A stretch of 64,000 nt of DNA from IMG/VR virus record IMGVR_UViG_3300025631_000005, positions 9,996 to 73,995 of that record; one strand, given 5' to 3'. Source of the DNA: a virus (taxonomy: Duplodnaviria > Caudoviricetes). Below are positions 49,155 through 57,045 of this stretch, piece after piece. How positions within the stretch are numbered: position 1 is the stretch's first letter; every line of letters starts with the position of its first letter. A model generated the notes under the pieces. The model was not told where the DNA came from. It worked only from the letters and a program-made list of their open reading frames with translations, and searched no databases. A program made the translations under genes and the position numbers.

Positions 49155-49255
49155 CGGGCGCTGATGTTCCGCGCCTCACCTCGCCAGGTTGTTTCGAGGC
49201 GTGCGCCTCGGCCTGGTCCGGCATCCCCACAAAGAGGGGTGCTCGTCAGCGCCCG
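49155..49255. ncRNA. structured element, second family (copy S1)
   Basis: 12-bp closing IR CGGGCGCTGATG/CGTCAGCGCCCG enclosing CCAGG..CGAGGC-GTGC-GCCTCG..CCTGG; homologous to 51420-51518. Confidence 0.6.
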
Positions 49256-49286
49256 TTTGATTATATTATCGCCGAGGAACGATTCG

Positions 49287-49397
49287 ATATCGCATAGCAC
49301 GGCGGGCAGAAGCCCGCTAGACCGAGGACCGGGTTCGCTGGCACCGACCGTGCTTCGCGCACTTCGCCGCTCGGGTGCCCGTTCACGTATGCGATAT
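49287..49397 (+). ncRNA. retron-like msr/msd ncRNA (copy R4)
   Basis: Perfect 10-bp IR ATATCGCATA/TATGCGATAT, AGC with G49297, hairpin GCGGGC-AGAA-GCCCGC, body hairpin GGCACC/GGTGCC. Confidence 0.75.
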
Positions 49398-49409
49398 GCA
49401 GTCTGCAAA

Positions 49410-49437
49410 GCACAGCATGCAGTCGAGCCTGCTGTGT
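49410..49437 (+). other. degenerate msr-like hairpin right after R4
   Basis: GCACAGCATGC-AGTCGA-GCCTGCTGTGT, same AGTCGA loop as R2. Confidence 0.35.
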
Positions 49438-49508
49438 ACGTAGCCTTAGGATTGTCCATCTTTTCGCAAGAGGAAGTCGGACGGCTGGAGATAAGAAAGG
49501 ACAGAAGA

Positions 49509-50369
49509 ATGAAAGTAGCGAAGACTACCAGTTATCTTGTGACTTTCGATGACGGCAGGTGCTTTGAATTAGAGCACGAGCCTTGCAAATGCTGCATCAC
49601 CCGGTACGACTGCAACAACGACGTGACCGTTATCGGTTATTTGAGCCATGATCCGTATATGGAAAATCCGTTGGACACCACCGACGTGCTTGGAAAAATC
49701 TACGACGGCAGATGTAAGAGCTTGGATAGATGTCATTATTTGAGCGCTCTCGGATACAATGCCGACGGCGACAAAATCGGTGATGGCAACCCGTATGCGG
49801 TGCTCCTGAGCGTCTACTCCCATAGTGGGGAGGTGTGGGCCGTCGCCGGTTCGTCTGAAGAGTCAATGTTCCCGGATCCACAATGGGATGTCAGTTTCAG
49901 CGCCGGTGTTTGGGTTCCCACGGAGGAGTTGATGGAAAACATCGAGTATAACGTCTGGGCATCGCTGCTTCCTGAGAGAATAGACGTGCATTGGGCGAAC
50001 GGCGATGTCGAGCTGACAATGCCGGACGGCAAACGTCGTAAGGGGTATAAGTCGTTCGTGTCGGCGGCAAAGGCCGCTGCTCGGCGGCTCGGTATAAAGC
50101 CGGACCGAAAAATGCTCGAGGCAAAGATACGAAAGGAGTGCGTCGAGGCGGCCGGACACGCAGTCGATGTCCTCAATAAATGGCTCATGGGGGATTGCTG
50201 GGGCGTCTGCGTGGAGGCGTTCAAAGGCGAGGATTCCTTCTACGCCGACGACAGCTGGGGCTTTATTGACCATGCCGACTGCGAAAGGTTGATGAAAAGC
50301 AACGTGGAAAGCCTTCTGAATTTTCTGAAGAAGGACGGCACGATAAACAGCTACAAGAAGGTGCAGTAG
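49509..50369 (+). CDS. hypothetical protein, paralog of 53338-54162
   Basis: AAGGA before in-frame ATG 49509 (ORF-track extension to 49164 overlaps ncRNAs); IGYL, GxIYDGR, GNPYAV, GVWVP shared. Confidence 0.7.
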   Translation: MKVAKTTSYLVTFDDGRCFELEHEPCKCCITRYDCNNDVTVIGYLSHDPYMENPLDTTDVLGKIYDGRCKSLDRCHYLSALGYNADGDKIGDGNPYAVLLSVYSHSGEVWAVAGSSEESMFPDPQWDVSFSAGVWVPTEELMENIEYNVWASLLPERIDVHWANGDVELTMPDGKRRKGYKSFVSAAKAAARRLGIKPDRKMLEAKIRKECVEAAGHAVDVLNKWLMGDCWGVCVEAFKGEDSFYADDSWGFIDHADCERLMKSNVESLLNFLKKDGTINSYKKVQ

Positions 50370-50372
50370 GCG

Positions 50373-50392
50373 GTTTGAATCCGGATTCAAAA
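50373..50392. repeat. 20-bp palindrome copy 7 (G at position 1)
   Basis: Intergenic. Confidence 0.9.
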
Positions 50393-50419
50393 ACACAACG
50401 GTAAGACAGGAGCCGAAGG

Positions 50420-50908
50420 ATGTTTATCATTTCAGCTTCGCTCGAATACAAGAACAGCGAAGACTATGAGAACGCAAAAAGGCAGATTGCCGAGATTGCC
50501 GGTTGGACGATCGGCGGCGTTAAAAACGGCCAAATCGCAGACTATGTCTACGTAGATGATTGCAGTAACCGACTCATTATTGAGTATGGGACATACTGCA
50601 AAATAGGATGGTTATTCGACTCGGAGATCTGCAGTCGGGAAGGCTGGGTGCCGTTGCAGCGCGGCTCCAAAGGATATGCCGTCTGCGCGTGTACGGACTG
50701 CAACAAAGTCGTCGTTATCGTCAACGGCGAGATCAAGGAAGAATTGCCGCTGGATGACTTCTACGATCGCACCTTGCAGCCTCCACAGGACGATGAAACC
50801 GACGAATTCGCCGTCTGGTTGGAGTTCGCATTGGAGCGACGCATCCAAGATCTGCGGGAGAAACACTACCCTCTGTTGCCGAAAAAAGCAGTAATTGATG
50901 CAGACTGA
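50420..50908 (+). CDS. acidic hypothetical protein, family with 50895-51410 and 52799-53302
   Basis: LEYKNSEDYENAK / LMYPDRSDYEGVK / LKYKKQEDYENAK. Confidence 0.7.
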   Translation: MFIISASLEYKNSEDYENAKRQIAEIAGWTIGGVKNGQIADYVYVDDCSNRLIIEYGTYCKIGWLFDSEICSREGWVPLQRGSKGYAVCACTDCNKVVVIVNGEIKEELPLDDFYDRTLQPPQDDETDEFAVWLEFALERRIQDLREKHYPLLPKKAVIDAD

Positions 50909-51410
50909 TAAAGTAGTAGTTGTTGTCGCAGCCGATCTCATGTATCCTGATCGGTCTGATTACGAGGGCGTCAAAAAGCGGATCATCGACAGTGGCTTTA
51001 GCGTGCGAGATATGGACGCCGCAATAGCGACCAAAAACGCCGGTGAAAAATGCGACGCAACCGGCCTGGCGCGTGATAATTGCGTCTGGGTAAAAGACGC
51101 CAACGCAAGACTCATCGTCCCTTACGGAGAGTACCGGGGCGTCGAACATCTATTCATCCAGTCGGATTCTTCCACACCGATATGGCATAGAGCGTTCGGT
51201 TTCGTTTTCCTCGTGTGCTTCGATGATCAGAAGCAGCGGGGCGATGTCATGTTCATCACCGACGGGGGTATCGTGGAGAAGACGACCATGTACAAACTCG
51301 TCCGATCCAGTGTCGCACAGCACCCAGAGATTCTGGACGAGTTCAAAAGAGCGATGTTCGAGAAGCATTGTATTTGCCTGCCTGAGAACAGAGGATACCC
51401 AGTCGAGTAG
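50895..51410 (+). CDS. hypothetical protein, same family (start uncertain)
   Basis: Shared YxxxxDYExxK and xDGxIVE motifs. Confidence 0.65.
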   Translation: MMQTDKVVVVVAADLMYPDRSDYEGVKKRIIDSGFSVRDMDAAIATKNAGEKCDATGLARDNCVWVKDANARLIVPYGEYRGVEHLFIQSDSSTPIWHRAFGFVFLVCFDDQKQRGDVMFITDGGIVEKTTMYKLVRSSVAQHPEILDEFKRAMFEKHCICLPENRGYPVE

Positions 51411-51419
51411 GATCACCAT

Positions 51420-51518
51420 ACCAGGCGCCGGCGCGTCTAGGTGTCCAAGTGGTTCTGAGGCGTGCGCTTCGGCTTGGGCCGTCTTCCCACACCAACTGGA
51501 TGTCTGCCGGCGCCTGGT
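51420..51518. ncRNA. structured element, second family (copy S2)
   Basis: Perfect 13-bp IR ACCAGGCGCCGGC/GCCGGCGCCTGGT enclosing CCAAG..GAGGC-GTGC-GCTTC..CTTGG. Confidence 0.6.
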
Positions 51519-51648
51519 TTGTTTATGTCGAAATGAGGGGTTAGAATGGTCAGGGTATATGTTATCGAAAGTCGTCTGACGTACAAGGTTTAAGGGTACG
51601 GGCGGAGGTCGCCGCCCGTGTTCGTTTTGTCTTTAAGGAGTCCGTCGA

Positions 51649-51906
51649 ATGAAGAGACAAATGGCCGAACGGCTGAAAGATTATATCCCCATTGTGGCGA
51701 AAATGCATCGTATAAGGGCCGACGTGAAAACGATCGAGAGCGATAAAGGCGACTGCGGCGTAAAGATCGCCGTGCGTGTCGGCAAGCACAGCGCGGCTAA
51801 AGAGATATTCGATGAGGCAGCGCTTGACGTCGATCAGACGAGTCGGCTGCTGTTTGATCTCGTTGCAACTGCGGCGGCCGCTATCGAGAAGGACGACCAG
51901 CTATGA
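51649..51906 (+). CDS. small hypothetical protein, family of three
   Basis: AAGGAG RBS; GVKIAV..HSAAKEIFD shared with next two ORFs. Confidence 0.65.
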   Translation: MKRQMAERLKDYIPIVAKMHRIRADVKTIESDKGDCGVKIAVRVGKHSAAKEIFDEAALDVDQTSRLLFDLVATAAAAIEKDDQL

Positions 51907-52349
51907 GAGAAAAGACCGCGGATGACTTGGCCTTTGTCGTCAAACACGGATGTTTTCTGGCGAACGACAAACCTGAAGCGGAGGTAGTAAAGAAGGTCGA
52001 TGCTCCAAGTGAGACAGACGCATACGGCATAAGAATCACTGTCCGGGCTGATGGGTGCAGTGCCTCTGAAGAGTTCTATGAGGAGGTCGGCCCTTCTCTC
52101 GATGAGACCATCGAAACCCTGGAAAAATGGGTAAGTAAGGTCTGTGACAAGGCTTATCGTATGGCGCACAAACACCCGGACAACGAAGGCCAGAAAAGCA
52201 ACGAAGAGACGTCCGACGCGGAGGACGCCTCCGCCTGTACTGAACGTCATAAGCCGCCGGAAGACCACGGGAAGCGTACTCCAGACCCCGCTGTCTATAT
52301 CTACGTGAAAGCGAAGATAAAGTGGAAAAAAGAGTCGCAGAAGAATTAG
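51903..52349 (+). CDS. hypothetical protein, same family
   Basis: YGIRITV..CSASEEFYE. Confidence 0.65.
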   Translation: MREKTADDLAFVVKHGCFLANDKPEAEVVKKVDAPSETDAYGIRITVRADGCSASEEFYEEVGPSLDETIETLEKWVSKVCDKAYRMAHKHPDNEGQKSNEETSDAEDASACTERHKPPEDHGKRTPDPAVYIYVKAKIKWKKESQKN

Positions 52350-52741
52350 CCTGTTTCATTCCCTGCGCGGCCAAGTTCTACTATATGAATGCCGAAGCAG
52401 AGGTGATAAGAAGGAGCGCAAGAGCTGTCAGCAATTCGCGGTGTCAGCTGCTTGCGTTGCTGAAACTGGTCAGGGAGAGATTCGGCGATCCAGACTTGAA
52501 ATCGGCTGACCGCAGCAGGTTGCTGAGTATGCTGCCTGAAGTGTACGGCGTAAAAATCACTGTCTACGACACGGAGCACGGCAGCGAGCACAGCGCGTCC
52601 ACAGAGGTCTTCGACGATATCGACCTTTCAGATGAATCCAGCCTCGAAAAGGTCGACTGTTGGCTGAGAAGGACGTACTATAAAGCACTTAAAAAAGCAA
52701 ACCAGAAAAGCGACCAGAGACCCAGTCGGTCTCAGCCTTAG
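52322..52741 (+). CDS. hypothetical protein, same family
   Basis: YGVKITV..HSASTEVFD. Confidence 0.6.
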   Translation: MEKRVAEELACFIPCAAKFYYMNAEAEVIRRSARAVSNSRCQLLALLKLVRERFGDPDLKSADRSRLLSMLPEVYGVKITVYDTEHGSEHSASTEVFDDIDLSDESSLEKVDCWLRRTYYKALKKANQKSDQRPSRSQP

Positions 52742-52752
52742 TTCATCCGGCA

Positions 52753-52772
52753 TTTTGAATCCGGATTCAAAA
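52753..52772. repeat. 20-bp palindrome copy 8
   Basis: Exact; intergenic. Confidence 0.95.
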
Positions 52773-52798
52773 CCCGACAACAAGGAGACGAACGCAGC

Positions 52799-53302
52799 AT
52801 GAGCCAGATATTCATTCTTGAGGGCTTTTTGAAGTATAAAAAGCAAGAGGACTACGAAAACGCCAAGAAGACGCTGATCGACGGCGGTTGGCCGGTACGG
52901 GTCGTGGATGCCCCTGCAGAGGGGGGTAAAGACGACGGCGACTATATCCTGGTCAATGACACCAATAGGGAGATCCGCATACCCTATTCTGGTTATAGAA
53001 ACCTCGGCCGGCTGCTCAGCCCGACCCTTTCCAGTATGATGGGCTGCAAGCCGCTTCAACACGGGTCCGAAGGATTCGTATTCTTTGCCAGTTTTGATGG
53101 TTGCACAGATGGCGGTATCATCGTGGACGGCGAAATCGTGGAAGAGGTCGATCTGGTCGACTTAGCTACAACCGAAGGAAAGGGTCCGCCGGAGATAAAG
53201 GATGACAACTACGACGACTACTTTGATTGGGAAAATGAAACACTGGAGTGGTACAAGCAGAGGGTTTATGACCGATATGTGCGTGACGAGTACCTTCGAT
53301 AG
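52799..53302 (+). CDS. acidic hypothetical protein, family with 50420-50908
   Basis: AAGGAG RBS; shared motifs. Confidence 0.7.
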   Translation: MSQIFILEGFLKYKKQEDYENAKKTLIDGGWPVRVVDAPAEGGKDDGDYILVNDTNREIRIPYSGYRNLGRLLSPTLSSMMGCKPLQHGSEGFVFFASFDGCTDGGIIVDGEIVEEVDLVDLATTEGKGPPEIKDDNYDDYFDWENETLEWYKQRVYDRYVRDEYLR

Positions 53303-53337
53303 CGTCCCTGCCACAACTCTACTGAAAGGAGAGATTT

Positions 53338-54162
53338 ATGTTGGAACCGAATGAAATCGAGCCCGTAGACCAGGAACCTGAGACAGGCAATGAGATTGAG
53401 AAGCGTCTGACCCGCACCGGCGGGGTGGAAAGGGTCCTATCTCTGTCTCCGATAACGGAGATCAGAGCGTATTGCGGGAACAGCTCGAAGATATCCATTG
53501 GCTACTTGGCTGAATACTATCTAAAAGACCCGACCGATTGCTTAGATCTCGGACATATCTACGAAGGGCGCGATTCTTCTCCGACGCGGGAGTTGTACCT
53601 TGCCGCCGCCGGGCGGCTGACCGGCCAAGGCCGAGTCGGAGGCAACCCGTACGCCGTGTTCCTGGATTGGGTCCCCAGTATCCCCGGCTGGGAAGTGGCT
53701 GGAACCCAGGAGCCGGCCCGGCATACCGGCGAAGACGACCACAAACAGATCGGCGTCTGGGTGCCGTCGGAACGGCAGATCCTCCAGATTATGTCGCTGC
53801 TGTTCAACATGACGGGTATTCCGATAATGAAGCGCCTGTCGGACGATAAATACATCGCCGTCAAGGGTAAACGATGGCTCGGAGAGTACTCGACGATCCA
53901 TGAAGCCGTCAAAGAGTTCGTCAGGCCTCCTCGCTCCAAGCGCGACGTCGAGCTGCGCACGGCCGCCATACCGCTGCTGGCTATGCGTGTCGCTGAAGGG
54001 GTGGTGGCTGCCCTTCGTAAAAATGCTTTCTTGGCTGTGGCCGACTTGTTCGAACTGGAGAGCAGATACCCCATGCTGACGCTCACGAAGCCGTGCTTGG
54101 GCAAGGAGCAGGCCGAGGTAGCCATCGATGACCTGATGTGGCAGACGCTGGTCTTCGCATAA
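53338..54162 (+). CDS. hypothetical protein, paralog of 49509-50369
   Basis: AAGGAG RBS; shared motifs. Confidence 0.7.
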   Translation: MLEPNEIEPVDQEPETGNEIEKRLTRTGGVERVLSLSPITEIRAYCGNSSKISIGYLAEYYLKDPTDCLDLGHIYEGRDSSPTRELYLAAAGRLTGQGRVGGNPYAVFLDWVPSIPGWEVAGTQEPARHTGEDDHKQIGVWVPSERQILQIMSLLFNMTGIPIMKRLSDDKYIAVKGKRWLGEYSTIHEAVKEFVRPPRSKRDVELRTAAIPLLAMRVAEGVVAALRKNAFLAVADLFELESRYPMLTLTKPCLGKEQAEVAIDDLMWQTLVFA

Positions 54163-54205
54163 GTCGGATAACCCTCCCCTTCTTAAGAAGACCAGCCATG
54201 CCGAG

Positions 54206-54243
54206 GCGCAGCCGGGATCGCCCAGTCCCGGCTGCGTTTTTTT
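54206..54243 (+). terminator. intrinsic terminator
   Basis: 11-bp stem CGCAGCCGGGA/TCCCGGCTGCG + T7. Confidence 0.8.
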
Positions 54244-54258
54244 AGTTTTTGCACAACA

Positions 54259-54278
54259 TTTTGAATCCGGATTCAAAA
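54259..54278. repeat. 20-bp palindrome copy 9
   Basis: Exact; intergenic after terminator. Confidence 0.95.
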
Positions 54279-54364
54279 TATCCAGCCTTTCTCGGCCGCA
54301 TCGAAAGACTTTAGAATAGAGTTGTGCCGGTCTGTCTTTTTCCACCCCTGTAAGGAGCCAGATT

Positions 54365-55273
54365 ATGCGTATGGTTGTCTGTTCGACGGTAGCATGGTGT
54401 TTGGCGGCTGCATTGGTGGCGGCGGAGATTCCTCCGGAGTCGGCGAAGAAGCATGAGCAGATCCTTTACCCGGTAGCCCGGGTCACTGTCGGGAATTCGG
54501 GCGGCAGCGGCACGGTCATCTACAGCGAGGATCGTGGAGACGGCTGCCAGACTTATGTTTTGACCAACTACCACGTGATCGCCGAGGCGATCAAGGTCAA
54601 GACGGAGTGGTCCAGCCTGCTGCAATTGGATGTAAAGAAGGAGGTCAACGACGAGGTCACTGTGGAGATATTCCGCTACGATAACGGGAGCCGCCAGGAC
54701 TTCACCGACGCCTGCAAGGCGGAGATCGTCGCTCACGACAGAGGGCATGATCTGGCCCTGCTGAGGCTTAAAACCAGCCGGAAGATACCTCATGTGGCTA
54801 AGTTGTTGCCGGAAAATGTCGGTATCCGTATTTTCGACCGTATTTGGGCCTGTGGTTGCAGTCTGCTCCACCCGCCGGTAGTAACCGAAGGCATGATCAA
54901 CTACCTGGATGACGTCATCGACAACAAGGTCTATTGGATGGGCTCCGCCCAGATCATCTTCGGTAATTCCGGCGGCGCTGTCTTCTATCAGCATCAGGGG
55001 GACTACTACTTTATCGGGGTGCCAAGCAGGGTAGCCGGTACGTGGGGGCAGGTAGTAACCCACATGGGGTGGTTTGTGCCGATAACACGCATCCGGCAGT
55101 GGGCCAAGGACGAGCATCTCGACTTCCTGTTCGACTCGAAGTCGAAGCCCTCAGAATGCTTCCAATTGCGCGATAAGCTGCGTAAGGAGGCGGAGCAGCG
55201 TAAACCGGCTAGCCGGCCGGAGGAGCCCACGCTAGCCCCGCAGCCGAGACCTGATAGAACGGCAGGCCCATAA
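54365..55273 (+). CDS. secreted trypsin-like serine protease
   Basis: Signal-like N-terminus; LTNYHVI, HDLALL, GNSGGA triad. Confidence 0.92.
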   Translation: MRMVVCSTVAWCLAAALVAAEIPPESAKKHEQILYPVARVTVGNSGGSGTVIYSEDRGDGCQTYVLTNYHVIAEAIKVKTEWSSLLQLDVKKEVNDEVTVEIFRYDNGSRQDFTDACKAEIVAHDRGHDLALLRLKTSRKIPHVAKLLPENVGIRIFDRIWACGCSLLHPPVVTEGMINYLDDVIDNKVYWMGSAQIIFGNSGGAVFYQHQGDYYFIGVPSRVAGTWGQVVTHMGWFVPITRIRQWAKDEHLDFLFDSKSKPSECFQLRDKLRKEAEQRKPASRPEEPTLAPQPRPDRTAGP

Positions 55274-55288
55274 AATGAAAGGGTTACA

Positions 55289-55552
55289 ATGATCAAAGCG
55301 GCAATCTATCTGGGGGCTGTTATCCCCGCTATATTGGGGTACTGGCTTTGGGGCCAAGTAGGCATCTACGCCTTTATGTTCGGCGGTCGTATTTTCGCCG
55401 CCTTTTTGAGCCTGTTGCCGGGCAGCGTCAGCTCGGAGCTGGAGGCTCTGGGTTTTCTTGTTTGCTTCTTGTTCTACTATGCGTTTCTGGGTGTCTGCGT
55501 TTTGGTGCCGGTGTTGATATGGTTTGCAGTCTGGGACAATTTCGGGTTCTAG
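55289..55552 (+). CDS. small membrane protein
   Basis: Almost wholly hydrophobic. Confidence 0.55.
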   Translation: MIKAAIYLGAVIPAILGYWLWGQVGIYAFMFGGRIFAAFLSLLPGSVSSELEALGFLVCFLFYYAFLGVCVLVPVLIWFAVWDNFGF

Positions 55553-55571
55553 TCTGCTGTAGTTTCACGGG

Positions 55572-55591
55572 TTTTGAATCCGGATTCAAAA
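55572..55591. repeat. 20-bp palindrome copy 10
   Basis: Exact; intergenic. Confidence 0.95.
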
Positions 55592-55675
55592 TCGCGAACC
55601 CGTTCTGGTTATGCGTCGGGTAGTCCGTGCTGTGGAAACATCGCTTTAACTCATAGATAGAAGGGAACCAGACAT

Positions 55676-56116
55676 ATGGCCAGTCTTGTCTACAACGAAT
55701 TCAAGTACCGGAACGCTATCGCGGAGATTGACCTCGATGGTGATACTATTAAAGCCCGTTTGTTAATGACGAACACCACCTGCGACACAGAAAACGATGG
55801 CATCGTTACTCTCAGCAATTTCACTACGATTGACGCCTCCGACGCTACAGGTTACGCTGATGTAACCCTGTCGAACAAGGCCGTCACCAAAGAGGATGCT
55901 AACGACCGAGCCAAGTTCAGCTCGGACAACATTGTCTTCAGCGGATTGGGCGGCAACGCCTCTCGCGACTATCAAGGTGTTTTGCTCTATAAGTCCATTG
56001 GTATAGACAGCCAAAATATACCCATTGCGTACATCGAGTTTACTAGCGCCGTAACAAGGTACGCCACCCAGGTCACCGTAAACTGCCCGACGGACGGCTG
56101 GATGTATCTGAGTTAA
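55676..56116 (+). CDS. putative tail-associated structural protein
   Basis: MASLVYNEFK..IDLDGDTIKARLL pattern resembles phage tail proteins; context. Confidence 0.55.
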   Translation: MASLVYNEFKYRNAIAEIDLDGDTIKARLLMTNTTCDTENDGIVTLSNFTTIDASDATGYADVTLSNKAVTKEDANDRAKFSSDNIVFSGLGGNASRDYQGVLLYKSIGIDSQNIPIAYIEFTSAVTRYATQVTVNCPTDGWMYLS

Positions 56117-56150
56117 CAGCTTTTCTGACAACCAAAAGCGAGGCGATAGT

Positions 56151-56816
56151 ATGCCTAAGCGACGTCAACAGAGGCTGGTTATGGTTATTGGTGAAGAACG
56201 CCCAGGGTCTTCAGCGTACGCGGGCGAAGTTATTCATATCGCTTCGCCGGATCATAAATGGGGACGAGAGGAGAAGCCTCCACGCTTTCAGTTTGTAAAT
56301 GAGGAACTGTCTATCGAAGAAGAGAGAGACCTCTATTCGAGTCTCTGGAAGCGGGATTTCGAAAAGAATAACTTCGTCTCCAAAATAGAATCTGAATTCT
56401 ATTGGGACAAGGATCAGGTCTTTGCGTACGATGATCCCCCCTCTCGTGGGGGTGATCTAGAAGAAGCCGCCCGCATTATCGGAGGCCCTGAAGCCAAGCC
56501 GGAGGACGTGATTCTTAAGCCGTTTGCTACGAAACATGGCTTCAAAGATATGTTTGATCCAATGACTTTGTACAAATATAAGATGGAAATCTTGAAGTTG
56601 GAACATAAGTTGAGAGCCGTTGTTAAGCGAGACACACCGGCCCTAGATGCAGTTCGGAAGTTGCTGTTTTTTGTCGTTCATCAGGATTTGAAGTGGCTTG
56701 GGGGTGTGGTCATTGAAGGTCGGGATAGGGGCAAGTCTCACAGGCAGCAGATGTTACACTTGGTTGAGAACCCTGATGTTAAAGCGTGGCTATCTGAATT
56801 GTGGGGAATGGACTAA
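56151..56816 (+). CDS. hypothetical protein
   Basis: GAGG RBS; 221 codons. Confidence 0.6.
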   Translation: MPKRRQQRLVMVIGEERPGSSAYAGEVIHIASPDHKWGREEKPPRFQFVNEELSIEEERDLYSSLWKRDFEKNNFVSKIESEFYWDKDQVFAYDDPPSRGGDLEEAARIIGGPEAKPEDVILKPFATKHGFKDMFDPMTLYKYKMEILKLEHKLRAVVKRDTPALDAVRKLLFFVVHQDLKWLGGVVIEGRDRGKSHRQQMLHLVENPDVKAWLSELWGMD

Positions 56817-56897
56817 ATGGTTACTACGGTAGTAAAAACCATCGGCTCCGTCAGCGACTACAGTACCCTGCACACATGCTGGGTGTATTTCGATTAG
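56817..56897 (+). pseudogene. orphan N-terminal fragment of a fibre/beta-helix gene
   Basis: ATG right after upstream TAA reads MVTTVVKTIGSVSDYSTL then stops at 26 aa. Confidence 0.4.
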
Positions 56898-57045
56898 GTC
56901 AAGTCGACTGTTTCGGCAAAAGATGGCCGTATTTCTGGTTGGAGGTGCTGAGTGATCCATGAGGAATGAAGAATGCGGAAGCCTGCCAGAAAATATCGGT
57001 TGTGAAGTCTCTTGTGAATGTTGGAATCAAGCCGCTTAGCAAATC

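Noticed and set aside
49164-49508. N-terminal 115 codons of ORF 49164-50369
   Set aside because: Overlaps S1 and R4; RBS and paralogy point to ATG 49509
56817-57045. Stop-codon reassignment to explain the broken fibre gene
   Set aside because: Both TAG and TGA interrupt, and genes elsewhere end tightly at all three stop codons
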